NCBI GenBank assembly: GCA_963710375.1
Contig: CAVPZX010000002.1
Location: forward strand, 576,001-640,000
Direction: 5' to 3'
Origin: Nitrospirota bacterium
GTDB taxonomy: Bacteria > Nitrospirota > Thermodesulfovibrionia > Thermodesulfovibrionales > Dissulfurispiraceae
DNA: 64,000 nt
Below, one piece after another: positions 9,874 through 19,108 of this stretch. The notes beneath the pieces were generated by a model. The model had not been told where the DNA came from. It worked only from the letters and a program-made list of their open reading frames with translations, and did not search any database. A program made the translations under genes and the position numbers. The number at the start of each line of letters is the position of its first letter. The first letter of the stretch is position 1.

Positions 9874-10290
9874 ATGAAATACTATCTGGATGTTCTCAAA
9901 CAGAACGGTTTGAAAATCACCCCTAAACGCAGGGCGGTCATCGATTTGTTTTTGAAGAACAACAGGCGTATGGGGCCGCGTGAGGTTTATCAAAAACTTA
10001 GGAAAGATATTGCCCCTTTGGGTTTGCCTACGGTTTACAGAATTCTGGAGCAGTTAAAAAACATAGGAGTCTTAATGCAAATACCTTCCGAGGACAGGCA
10101 ATTGTATTATGTGTTATGCAAGATGCCCGATGGGCACCACCATCATTTTGTCTGCAGAGGATGCAGGCGGGTGGAAGAAGTCGAGTATTGCAATTTCGGT
10201 GCTGTTTCGAAGTTTATCGAGAAGAATTTGAACGGAAAGGTAGAACAACATTTTTTGCAAATAGAGGGTCTGTGTTCTAAATGCAGGTGA
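9874..10290 (+). CDS. zur: Fur-family regulator, probably Zur
   Basis: KITPKR, TVYRIL, HHHHFVCRGC and GLCSKC motifs; first gene of a Zn ABC transporter operon. An alternative ATG lies at 9859. Confidence 0.85.
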   Translation: MKYYLDVLKQNGLKITPKRRAVIDLFLKNNRRMGPREVYQKLRKDIAPLGLPTVYRILEQLKNIGVLMQIPSEDRQLYYVLCKMPDGHHHHFVCRGCRRVEEVEYCNFGAVSKFIEKNLNGKVEQHFLQIEGLCSKCR

Positions 10291-10310
10291 AAAATCTTAT
10301 TATAAGTAAC

Positions 10311-10506
10311 TGTAATTCAGACAGTGAGGATAAGTCTCTTGCGCTCAGACGCTCCGTCTTGACAGTTCTAACGGCTCGTTTCGCTACAGGCGCAAAATTC
10401 ACCCTGCGGGATTCAGTTTCGCGCCTGTTTAACGCTCTCTCGCCGAGAACTGTTACCAAGACTGCGCGATTCGCTTCAGAGACCCATCCTCACTGTCTGA
10501 ATTACA
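10311..10506. mobile_element. Rod-like palindromic element (MITE/REPIN-like) with perfect 21-bp terminal inverted repeats
   Basis: TGTAATTCAGACAGTGAGGAT (10311-10331) and ATCCTCACTGTCTGAATTACA (10486-10506). Nested pairs: GTCTCT/AGAGAC, GTCTTG/CAAGAC, ACAGTTCT/AGAACTGT, ACAGGCGC/GCGCCTGT. Confidence 0.75.
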
Positions 10507-10508
10507 TT

Positions 10509-11408
10509 ATGAATAAAACCAGCCTGCGCCCTTTTGTGATGTTAATAATCATGTTTTTGTTTGCGTCAGTGGCCGGTTGCAAACACGAGACCGCCCAGGA
10601 AACAAAAAAGATCAAGGTGGTCGCTTCTTTTTATCCCATGTATATAATGGCACTCAATGTAATTAAAGACGTTCCTGAAGTGTCCGTAAGCAACCTCACT
10701 CCGCCAATGACCGGTTGTTTACATAACTATACATTGACGACCGATGATGTGAAAAAGCTGGCAGATGCCCAGGTCTTTGTTGCCAATGGGGCAGGCATGG
10801 AGTCTTTTCTTGACCGCGTTGTAGCCCAATACCCGCAAATTAAAATTATAAAATTAGCAGATGGAATCCCGCTTATCAAGGGTGAGGGTGAAGAGACGGA
10901 CAATCCGCATGTATGGGTGAGCATATCCCTCGCTATTGCCGAAGTTAAAAATTTCGGTAAAGACATGGAGAAGTTCGACCCTGCTCACGCGGACTTGTAT
11001 CGCAAGAATACCGGGGCTTATGTTGAAAAGCTGGAGACATTACGCCAAAAAATGAGAAAGGAAATGGCCCCCTATAAAGGACGAAAGATCATTACATTTC
11101 ATGAAGCGTTCCCTTATTTTGCACAAGAGTTCGGGCTCGAAATTTCGGCTGCGGTAGAGAGAGAACCTGGAAGCGAGCCGAGCGCCAGGGAACTCTCAAG
11201 GACTGTGGATTTGATCAGAAAGGCAGGTATCAAAACCTTGTTCAGCGAGCCCCAATACCCTGCTACAGCCGCCGATACTATCGCCAGGGAAACCGGGGCT
11301 AAAGTTTATATGCTCGACCCAGCAGTTACTGGCCCGAATGATCCTGACGCCTATATCAATATCATGGAAAACAACCTTGAGGTATTAAAAAGTGCTTTCT
11401 CCAGATAA
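10509..11408 (+). CDS. znuA: Zn/Mn ABC transporter substrate-binding lipoprotein
   Basis: Lipobox VAGC and LHNY, NPHVW, FHEAFPYF motifs. Start re-assigned to ATG 10509 because the longer ORF reads through the palindromic element. Confidence 0.88.
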   Translation: MNKTSLRPFVMLIIMFLFASVAGCKHETAQETKKIKVVASFYPMYIMALNVIKDVPEVSVSNLTPPMTGCLHNYTLTTDDVKKLADAQVFVANGAGMESFLDRVVAQYPQIKIIKLADGIPLIKGEGEETDNPHVWVSISLAIAEVKNFGKDMEKFDPAHADLYRKNTGAYVEKLETLRQKMRKEMAPYKGRKIITFHEAFPYFAQEFGLEISAAVEREPGSEPSARELSRTVDLIRKAGIKTLFSEPQYPATAADTIARETGAKVYMLDPAVTGPNDPDAYINIMENNLEVLKSAFSR

Positions 11409-12204
11409 CGAAGAGATCGAAAGTCCTGCGGGCGATAAGCTCTGCCGGCACTGTTGTATCAAGGTCAGTGATCTGACGGTCCGTTTAGGCAACAAGCCTG
11501 TTCTTGATAATGTCAACCTGCATATTCATTGCGGTGAGGTTGTTGCTATTGTAGGTCCCAACGGCGCAGGAAAAACCACTCTGTTACGGACGATATTAGG
11601 GGAATTACCTTATCGCGGCGCCATGGAATCGCGTATTGGCGGTATTGAAGGCAGGATCCCACGAATTGGATATGTTCCCCAAAACCTACATCTCGATCTG
11701 GATTCTCCCATTAATGTCACTGATCTGGTTGTCCTGGCAATCAGCAAGCATCCTGTTTGGCTCGGGGTGACCAGGAGGTTGTCGGAGGAAGCCCGGCACG
11801 TGCTGTCTGTCTTTTCTGCCGGGCATTTGGCAAAAAAAAAGATCGGCGAACTGTCAGGAGGAGAATTGCAACGTGTGTTGCTCGCCATTGCGATGACAGC
11901 GGAGCCGGAATTACTGCTCCTGGACGAACCCGGCAGCGGAGTGGATATTCAGGGGTTGTCTCTGTTTTATCAGCTTGTCAGAAGTTTAAGGGAACAACAT
12001 GACATCGCAGTTATCATTGTGACCCATGACCTGGCCGGCATCTCAACCTATGTTGACCGCATTATTCTCCTGAATCATTCGGTTGTTGCTGAAGGCGAAC
12101 CGGCCAAAGTGCTTTCCAACGAGAAAATACTTAAGACCTTTGGCCCCAGTCTTTGGAACATTTCCGCGATGCCTACCTTGCCGTACCTGAAAGAACAGCT
12201 ATGA
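11392..12204 (+). CDS. znuC: Metal ABC transporter ATP-binding protein
   Basis: GPNGAGKTT, IGYVPQ, LSGGELQR, LLLDEP and VTHD motifs. Confidence 0.9.
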   Translation: MLSPDNEEIESPAGDKLCRHCCIKVSDLTVRLGNKPVLDNVNLHIHCGEVVAIVGPNGAGKTTLLRTILGELPYRGAMESRIGGIEGRIPRIGYVPQNLHLDLDSPINVTDLVVLAISKHPVWLGVTRRLSEEARHVLSVFSAGHLAKKKIGELSGGELQRVLLAIAMTAEPELLLLDEPGSGVDIQGLSLFYQLVRSLREQHDIAVIIVTHDLAGISTYVDRIILLNHSVVAEGEPAKVLSNEKILKTFGPSLWNISAMPTLPYLKEQL

Positions 12205-13055
12205 TTGATCTATGGTACAAATTGGCTGATTATGTGCTGCCCTTTGATTTAGCGCGGTATATTTTCATAAAAAATGCCCTACTGGCAGTCCTTCTTGTTA
12301 CGCCGGTATTCGGAGTCTTGGGTACCATGGTGGTAAGCAACCGGATGGTTTTTTTTACCGAGGTTTTGGGACATTCGGCCCTTACCGGGATCGCCATAGG
12401 TGTTCTTTGCGGAATTCATGACCCGACGTTCCCGATGATTACTATTGCTGTGGTCCTGGCTGTCCTCGTAAACATTCTGAAAGATATGACGCGTGCATCC
12501 ATGGATAATGTTCTCGGGGTGGTTCTTGCGTTTATGATAGCGCTGGGAATCACTATCTTAAGCAGGCAGGGAGGATTTGTTAAATTCACTACCTATCTTA
12601 TTGGAGATATTCTTGCAGTTACCCCCCAACAAATCGCCTGGATAGCAGCCTTATTCGTTGTTGTGTTTCTTTATTGGTACTTTGCAGGCAATGCTTTGAT
12701 TTTGACGAGCGTCAGCGGATCGTTGGCTCGAAGCCGCAGGATAAGGACATTTCTGGTTGAGACAAGTTTTACCATACTGCTTGCCGTGGTGGTGATGGTG
12801 TCTATCCGTCTGGTGGGGATTTTGATTATAAATTCACTCCTGGTTTTACCTGCGGCAGCCAGCCGCAACCTTGCTCGAAGTGTGGGCTCGTATACGGCAT
12901 TTTCAATAGCAATAAGTATGCTGTCAGGGACAACTGGGTTATTCGCGTCTTACTATTGGGGCACTGCATCCGGAGCCACCATAGTTCTTTTCGCTGTAGG
13001 ATGTTACACAATATCGGCCCTGACAGGTCGCTTCCGGCATAAATTATTTATCTAA
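12201..13055 (+). CDS. znuB: Metal ABC transporter permease
   Basis: Hydrophobic ABC-3 permease (LGHSALTG, YLIGDIL, LVLPAAA); ATGA overlap with the znuC stop. Confidence 0.88.
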   Translation: MIDLWYKLADYVLPFDLARYIFIKNALLAVLLVTPVFGVLGTMVVSNRMVFFTEVLGHSALTGIAIGVLCGIHDPTFPMITIAVVLAVLVNILKDMTRASMDNVLGVVLAFMIALGITILSRQGGFVKFTTYLIGDILAVTPQQIAWIAALFVVVFLYWYFAGNALILTSVSGSLARSRRIRTFLVETSFTILLAVVVMVSIRLVGILIINSLLVLPAAASRNLARSVGSYTAFSIAISMLSGTTGLFASYYWGTASGATIVLFAVGCYTISALTGRFRHKLFI

Positions 13056-14591
13056 CTGGGCACTGTTTATAAACTTCGCCACGTCACGCCGTAGTTGGGA
13101 AATGGCGTCGCTGTCCAGATACATCATATGACCTGTCCGGTATCGTTGCGTAGTGACATTCTTTCCGAATACCGGCGTTATTCCCAGATGTGCCAGGGTA
13201 TATTCCGTGGCAAAATAAGGAGTTGCCAGGTCAAAATAGCCGCAGGCGAAAAACAGCTTCATATAGGGGTTCTTGTCAAGTGCGTTTCGCAGGTCCTCAC
13301 CGGTTTCGGCATAGCTGTTTTTGGCCTCCCAGTCCCATTTCCCGGTGCCCCCTCCCAAAGTAAAATATTCCAGGTCAGACTGGAAGCCTAGCTCGCCACG
13401 AACATAATCGTTGAACATTGCAGTAAAGGGAGGGCGGATTGCCGCAACAGTCGGATCAAAACCGACTGGCGCCGCTGGATCAAGGTCCGCCGCGGTAAAA
13501 CGGGTGTCCATGAAACCTACAAACCTCCTCTCTTTTCGAAGAAGCTCTTTAACAAAGCTGCCGGGATCAATGCGCAGATTGTGTTTGTCGATAAAGGTCT
13601 TGTCGAGTCCGGTAAATCCGGCCAGCTTATCAACTACTGCCTGTCGCTCTTCAGGTGACAGATGGTCCCCTTTGGCAAGGGCTGTTAAATAATCGGTGGC
13701 AGCCCAGGCCTCAACCGATTCCAGGGTCTTGTCCAGGTCAGCATGTGGCACAAGCTTTTTATGATACCAGGCCGTCGCAGCGTAACTGGGGAGTGACAAA
13801 ACGTATGCGAGATCATTACCGTTATTATAAGAGGTGGTCTGCGCATTCAGGATGGTAGAGACCATGATAATGCCGTTTAAGGCGATTCCATGATCAACCA
13901 GATACTCCGACAGGCCTGCAGCCCGAAAAGTGCCGTAGCTCTCCCCAACAAGAAAGAGCGGTGATCTCCATCGCTCATACCGGGTCAGATAAAGCCTGAT
14001 GAACCTTCCAATAGATTCAATATCACCCTGCACCGAGGCAAATTTTTTGGTAAGCTCAGGCTTGATGGCCCGACTATAGCCGGTACCAACCGGATCGATA
14101 AAGACAAGGTCGGCCTGATCCAGCCAAGTGAACTCGTTGTCCACCAGCTGGTATGGCGGCGGTGGCATGCTGCCATCAGCAAGCATTTGGACACGCCGGG
14201 GGCCGGCAGCTCCAAGGTGCAGCCAAACTGAAGAAGCGCCGGGACCGCCGTTAAATATGAACAAGAGGGGCCGTAGGCTGGCAGGAGTTGAGTTATGGAC
14301 CGTGTAGGCGATAAAAAAAATATGTGCTTCCTTTTCGCCGGCATCGTTCATTATCGGCAGTTGGCCTGCCGTTGCAGTATAGCTTATTTCCTTTCCCCCG
14401 ACAACAATTTTATGACTGGTAACAACAGGTTTTGTCTCGGGCATCTCATTCTTAACCTTTTCCGGCTGCTTTTCGCCAACCTTGTCCTGATCAGCAACAA
14501 TAGCTGTCTCTGACACCTGCGGTGACGAAGGGGTGGGAGCGCCGGCCATCAGCACCGTTGCGAGCAGTATCGATAAGAACAAATTGGTCAC
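13044..14591 (-). CDS. Peptidase S10 family serine carboxypeptidase, secreted
   Basis: Signal peptide and FNGGPG, FIDPVGTGYS, GESYG, DLATP, GHMMY motifs. Confidence 0.9.
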   Translation of the reverse strand: MTNLFLSILLATVLMAGAPTPSSPQVSETAIVADQDKVGEKQPEKVKNEMPETKPVVTSHKIVVGGKEISYTATAGQLPIMNDAGEKEAHIFFIAYTVHNSTPASLRPLLFIFNGGPGASSVWLHLGAAGPRRVQMLADGSMPPPPYQLVDNEFTWLDQADLVFIDPVGTGYSRAIKPELTKKFASVQGDIESIGRFIRLYLTRYERWRSPLFLVGESYGTFRAAGLSEYLVDHGIALNGIIMVSTILNAQTTSYNNGNDLAYVLSLPSYAATAWYHKKLVPHADLDKTLESVEAWAATDYLTALAKGDHLSPEERQAVVDKLAGFTGLDKTFIDKHNLRIDPGSFVKELLRKERRFVGFMDTRFTAADLDPAAPVGFDPTVAAIRPPFTAMFNDYVRGELGFQSDLEYFTLGGGTGKWDWEAKNSYAETGEDLRNALDKNPYMKLFFACGYFDLATPYFATEYTLAHLGITPVFGKNVTTQRYRTGHMMYLDSDAISQLRRDVAKFINSAQLDK

Positions 14592-14645
14592 CTCCTGCCA
14601 TTGAATTAATTATTATCCTAACACGGTTCTGCCATTTTGTGTCAT

Positions 14646-14738
14646 AAGGCCGTGAATTGTGAATGGTGAAGCGTGAATGGTAAAAGGCTTTTTTTCTGTT
14701 TCTCATTCACTATTCACCCATTCACCATTCACGGCCTT
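14646..14738. repeat. Inverted heptamer-repeat element (GTGAANN)n...(NNTTCAC)n
   Basis: AAGGCCGTGAATTGTGAATGGTGAAGCGTGAATGG ... ATTCACTATTCACCCATTCACCATTCACGGCCTT, with AAGGCCGTGAA/TTCACGGCCTT termini. Confidence 0.8.
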
Positions 14739-14828
14739 TTCTTTTAGAGGCCAACTTTAGTCTTGCCTTTTGTCCTTTTAGCCTCCATTATATTATTATG
14801 GTTAGCGAAGTTTAAAACGAGAGATTAT

Positions 14829-15857
14829 ATGAAAAAGAATAATATTGCATACAAGGGACTTGAGCGTAAACTGGAAAGGCTCAATGCAGAGGCTGAGACT
14901 TCTCTGGAATGGATGTTAGGCAAGAGCGACAAAATGAAAGAGGTAATCGAACAGATACGCCGAATCTCGAAGACGGATTTTACAGTCCTGATCCAGGGAG
15001 AAACCGGTGTTGGGAAGTCATTTATTGCCAACATTATTCATAACTTAAGCCGACGTGCTCACCATCCGTTTATAAGAATTGATATGGGAACTATACCCGA
15101 GACCCTTTTTGAAAGTGAACTTTTCGGGTATGAGAAGGGAGCGTTCACAGGCGCTGACAAAAACAGAAAAGGCTATTTTGAGCTTGCAGCCGACGGTGGG
15201 ACCATATTTGTTGATGAACTAGAAAATATGACCCCATATGCACAGAGCAAGTTTCTCACAGTTATCGAGGAAAGGAAAATACATCCCCTGGGAAGCGCCG
15301 AATCAAAGGACATAAATGTCCGCTTTATTTCCGCAACAAACAGGGACATAAAGCAGGCATTGGCGGAAAAACATATCAGGAATGACCTGTTTTACCGTCT
15401 CAGTGAATTTATCATAACTATTCCGCCATTGAGAGAGAGAGTTGATGACATACCTTTTCTCGCTCAGAAATTTCTTATGGAAGCAGAAGAAAAATTGAAT
15501 GCCCCACTGAAGAATTTCAGTGAAGAAATATTTGAAGCTCTCAAGCGCTATCCCTGGCCGGGTAATGTCAGGGAATTAAGAAACATTATTATAAGAAGAT
15601 CTGTGCTCATGTCCCAAAATCAGTCAGTAAAGCTCAGGGACATAGAACTTTTACTCGAGGACAACACGGGAAAGACAGAGTCTATCGATCTGTTGCCGCT
15701 TAAGGAACTTACCAAAATAGCTGTCAGGGATGTTGAAAGAAAGGCAATTAAAAAGGCTTTGGACTTGACAAGGGGCAATAAGTCAAAAGCTGCCTTGATC
15801 CTGCAGGTGGATTACAAGACACTTCTCACAAAGATTAAAGAATACAACCTTTCCTAA
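14829..15857 (+). CDS. sigma54-dependent transcriptional activator (AAA+ and Fis HTH) lacking an N-terminal sensor domain
   Basis: [37 protein letters not shown] and GNKSKAA HTH; only about 30 aa precede the AAA+ domain. Confidence 0.9.
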   Translation: MKKNNIAYKGLERKLERLNAEAETSLEWMLGKSDKMKEVIEQIRRISKTDFTVLIQGETGVGKSFIANIIHNLSRRAHHPFIRIDMGTIPETLFESELFGYEKGAFTGADKNRKGYFELAADGGTIFVDELENMTPYAQSKFLTVIEERKIHPLGSAESKDINVRFISATNRDIKQALAEKHIRNDLFYRLSEFIITIPPLRERVDDIPFLAQKFLMEAEEKLNAPLKNFSEEIFEALKRYPWPGNVRELRNIIIRRSVLMSQNQSVKLRDIELLLEDNTGKTESIDLLPLKELTKIAVRDVERKAIKKALDLTRGNKSKAALILQVDYKTLLTKIKEYNLS

Positions 15858-15952
15858 AGGCAGGTTAAGGTTATGGTAGAGGTTAAGAAAATACAAAAAA
15901 AATTTCGGGTTATATCTTTGCCTCTACCTTAACCTTAACCTATACCTGCTTT
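15857..15952. repeat. Inverted hexamer-repeat hairpin (GGTTAA/GGTAGA), possibly a terminator
   Basis: AAGGCAGGTTAAGGTTATGGTAGAGGTTAAG ... CCTCTACCTTAACCTTAACCTATACCTGCTTT. Confidence 0.7.
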
Positions 15953-15960
15953 TAGTGTTT

Positions 15961-16069
15961 TATGGATTCAATTCCATTAATTATGGGGTAAATTCCATAG
16001 TATACCAAAAGTTTAATTCAAGAAATATCCATTAAATTCAAGAGTAAGTCAATTGGCATTCTTCTTGAT
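15961..16069 (+). promoter_or_regulatory. Candidate activator sites plus sigma54 -24/-12 promoter
   Basis: Tandem palindromes TATGG-N8-CCAT(T/A) at 15961 and 15982. TGGCAT-N5-TTGAT at 16054-16069, where the -12 deviates from TTGC. Confidence 0.5.
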
Positions 16070-16157
16070 GTATGTAACTTCAAAGTCAAACAATCAATGG
16101 CAACCTTTCGAGGCTGTTGTTCCTGAATATGACACTGTCCAACAAGGAGGAAGTTTA

Positions 16158-16409
16158 ATGAGCGCAGGAATTGGCGGTATAGGCAATTTAGGCGGTAACA
16201 TAGGCGGTAATCCAGGCGTGACCCAGGCAACGGCAATACCGAAAGACCCTCTGAACGCTGAGGCACTGAATGGTATTCACCACAAAAAACATAAGGAAGG
16301 AGATATATCGTTTGAGGCCCAGATCAATAACCTTAACAAGGAAAAGGTAGCCGGCATCCAGTCCGGGACGAGTGGAGAGACAGGAACACGTATAAATAAA
16401 TACGTTTAG
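16158..16409 (+). CDS. Small Gly-rich hypothetical protein (83 aa)
   Basis: AAGGAGG RBS before ATG 16158; the protein ends GTRINKYV. Confidence 0.65.
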   Translation: MSAGIGGIGNLGGNIGGNPGVTQATAIPKDPLNAEALNGIHHKKHKEGDISFEAQINNLNKEKVAGIQSGTSGETGTRINKYV

Positions 16410-16427
16410 GGCTCGCAGTGAGGGTTT

Positions 16428-16757
16428 CTAACTGCCAGGCGCCTCAAGAGGATATCCCGCATTTTTCCATCCCTCTACGCCACCGCCGAGAACCTTTACG
16501 TTTTTAAACCCTATCTCCATATATTCGACTGCCCGACCGGCAGCACTTGCCTCCTTGGGTCAAGCACAATAGAAAACAATCTCCTGTTCTCTTGGCATAG
16601 AAGCGACATTACTTTTAAAAGCATTAAAGGAGATGGCACCTTCAAGATGCATATTTCTGAATTTTTCCTCGTCATCATAGGCACATACAAAAATAGCTGT
16701 GCCGGCCAGAACTTTCTTTCTTGTCTCTTCCGGAAGGATTCTTATAGGCTCAATCAT
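16428..16757 (-). CDS. Rhodanese-like selenoprotein (109 aa, in-frame TGA read as Sec66 in FYCAU)
   Basis: GGAGG RBS. After FYCA-TGA (16560-16562) the frame continues PKEASAAGRAVEYMEIGFKNVKVLGGGVEGWKNAGYP to a TAG at 16428, completing a rhodanese domain. Confidence 0.85.
16529..16543 (-). other. Candidate bacterial SECIS hairpin
   Basis: mRNA CUGCC-GGUCG-GGCAG starts 16 nt after the UGA and has G in the first loop positions. Confidence 0.65.
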
Positions 16758-16893
16758 TTTTCTGCCTCCAAAATTACTGTATTTAATCCTCAATTATTAC
16801 AATTATATCACCTATAAAGAACTTAGAACTGCGGAGAGTATTTTGGAATATATAAAAATGATTTATAATCTTCATAGAGAGGATTAATTTATA

Positions 16894-18657
16894 ATGGCAA
16901 CTAAACCCAGCCGGCTTGATTTACCACGCGGAGTTTTTCTTGTCTTTACCTTTCTAATGATAGGGATTATTGCAGCCGGTTATCTATATTACAAAAACCA
17001 GAAGGCCCACTTTGTAGAAAATATTAAGAATGATCTTGTTGCCATAACTGTCCTGAAAGTCGGGCAGATCGTAAATTGGAGAAAAGACCGGCTTGCAGAG
17101 GCTCGGGTCATTCAGGGCAGCCGGAGCATGCCGAGGCAAATGGAAGAATTTCTTGATAATCCCCGTAAAACAGGATTCAGGAAAGACCTTATGGACAGGA
17201 TGTTGTTGCTTAAAAAGAACTATGATTACAGTGATATTTTTCTGGTCGACGCAAATGGAAAGGCGGTTTTGTCCGTTGATTCATCTGCGACTGATATCGA
17301 ACAGCACGCAAAACACATGGCGTTGGAGGCAATTCATTCTGGTAAGGTGGTGTTAACTGATATCCAGATAACCGACTTATCCAAAACCATATATTTCAGC
17401 CTGATTGTCCCTATTCTCCTATCTAATAGCCGTCCGGCAGGCGCACTCTTGCTGATCATTGATCCCAACAGATTTTTATATCCGCTCATCCAGACGTGGC
17501 CTGTACCATCCAGAACAGCCGAGACCCTGCTGATCAGGCGCGAAGGAAATGATGTTGTATTCATTAATGAACTCAGGCATCGGAAAGGCACGACCCTTTC
17601 CCTTCGCTTCCCTCTCAGCCAAACTGACCTGCCGGCTGCCATGGCTGTGCTCGGCAAGAGGGGAATCACCGGGGGAATTGACTACCGGGGCAAGCCGGTG
17701 ATTGCGTGCACTGACCATATTCCCAATTCTCCGTGGTTTATCGTCACAAAAGTGGATGAAGATGAGGTGTATGCGCCCCTTCGGAAAAGTGCTTTTGTTG
17801 TCTCGGTCATTATAATAATACTTGTCACATCATCGGGCCTGGGCATCGCCTTGTGGTGGAGGCAGCAAAAGGTGCTTTTTTACCGTGAACAATACGAAAA
17901 AGAAATTGAATACAGCGTCGAACTCGAAAAAGCAAACAAAGAAACAGCAAAGACACTCGAAGAACTGCGCCGGTCCAATGATGAACTTAAACAGTTTGCC
18001 TATATCGCCTCGCACGACCTTCAGGAGCCTTTGAGAATGATAGCAAGTTACCTGCAGTTGATCGAGCGGCGCTACAAGGGCAGGCTCGACAAGGACGCTG
18101 ATGAGTTTATCGCTTTTGCTGTGGAAGGAGCAGGCAGGCTTCAGAATATGATCATCGGCCTTCTGGCTTATTCGCGCATAGAAACAAAGGGCAAGCCGCT
18201 TGAAGAGGTGAACTCGGCTGAGGTCTTCGCGAATGCCGTCTCGAACCTGAAACTCGTCATTGAGGAAAGCGGAGCCATGATAACCGCTGACCGTCTTCCG
18301 GTTGTCAAAGCTGACGCTGTCCAGCTTGTCCAGGTATTCCAGAACCTTATTTCAAATGCCATAAAATTCAGGCGGGAATCTCCACCCCGTATCCATGTTT
18401 CAGCGGTCCAGGAAGGGACAGAATGGGTCTTTTCAGTGAGTGACAATGGGATAGGCATCGCCGAGGAATATAAAGACAGGATATTTAATATTTTCCAGAG
18501 GTTGCATGGTAGGGAGTACCCCGGTGTCGGCATAGGGCTTTCGCTTTGCAGACGAATTGTCGAACGGCATGGCGGACGCATATGGTTTGAGTCAGAAGCA
18601 GGGAAGGGAACAACGTTTTATTTTACCATTCCAATAAAGGAGGGCAAGACATCATGA
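16894..18657 (+). CDS. Membrane sensor histidine kinase (Cache-like periplasmic domain, Cph1-like kinase core)
   Basis: Two TM helices and [36 protein letters not shown] motifs. Confidence 0.9.
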   Translation: MATKPSRLDLPRGVFLVFTFLMIGIIAAGYLYYKNQKAHFVENIKNDLVAITVLKVGQIVNWRKDRLAEARVIQGSRSMPRQMEEFLDNPRKTGFRKDLMDRMLLLKKNYDYSDIFLVDANGKAVLSVDSSATDIEQHAKHMALEAIHSGKVVLTDIQITDLSKTIYFSLIVPILLSNSRPAGALLLIIDPNRFLYPLIQTWPVPSRTAETLLIRREGNDVVFINELRHRKGTTLSLRFPLSQTDLPAAMAVLGKRGITGGIDYRGKPVIACTDHIPNSPWFIVTKVDEDEVYAPLRKSAFVVSVIIIILVTSSGLGIALWWRQQKVLFYREQYEKEIEYSVELEKANKETAKTLEELRRSNDELKQFAYIASHDLQEPLRMIASYLQLIERRYKGRLDKDADEFIAFAVEGAGRLQNMIIGLLAYSRIETKGKPLEEVNSAEVFANAVSNLKLVIEESGAMITADRLPVVKADAVQLVQVFQNLISNAIKFRRESPPRIHVSAVQEGTEWVFSVSDNGIGIAEEYKDRIFNIFQRLHGREYPGVGIGLSLCRRIVERHGGRIWFESEAGKGTTFYFTIPIKEGKTS

Positions 18658-19106
18658 ATAATCAGAATATGGCAAAGCCGATTGATATACTGCTAGTTGA
18701 GGACAACCCCGGAGATGTGCGTTTGACACAAGAGGCCTTGAAAGAGGCAAAGGTCAGAAATGACCTTTATGTCGTTAACGACGGAGTTGAGGCCATGGCC
18801 TTTCTTCGGAAGCAAGGTGTTTATAAGGGGGTTCCGCGTCCTGATATGATACTTCTGGATCTGAACCTGCCCAAAAAAAACGGGCATGAGGTTCTCACCG
18901 AGATCAAGTCGGACGATGATTTGAAGCGCATACCGGTTGTAATGCTTACTATCTCTAAGGCTGAGGAGGACATTATAAAGAGCTACAATCTCTATGCGAA
19001 CTGTTTCATAACCAAGCCAGTTGACCTGGACCAGTTCCTGACTGTTGTGAAGTCGATAGAGGACTTCTGGCTCACGGTTGTAAAACTGCCAAACGGCAGT
19101 CATTGA
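18654..19106 (+). CDS. Single-domain response regulator (Rcp1-like)
   Basis: [21 protein letters not shown] and ANCFITKP motifs. Confidence 0.9.
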   Translation: MNNQNMAKPIDILLVEDNPGDVRLTQEALKEAKVRNDLYVVNDGVEAMAFLRKQGVYKGVPRPDMILLDLNLPKKNGHEVLTEIKSDDDLKRIPVVMLTISKAEEDIIKSYNLYANCFITKPVDLDQFLTVVKSIEDFWLTVVKLPNGSH

Positions 19107-19108
19107 AA

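Noticed and set aside
10281..10508. 76-aa N-terminal extension of ZnuA
   Set aside because: It is a translation of the palindromic element; the lipoprotein signal begins at ATG 10509.
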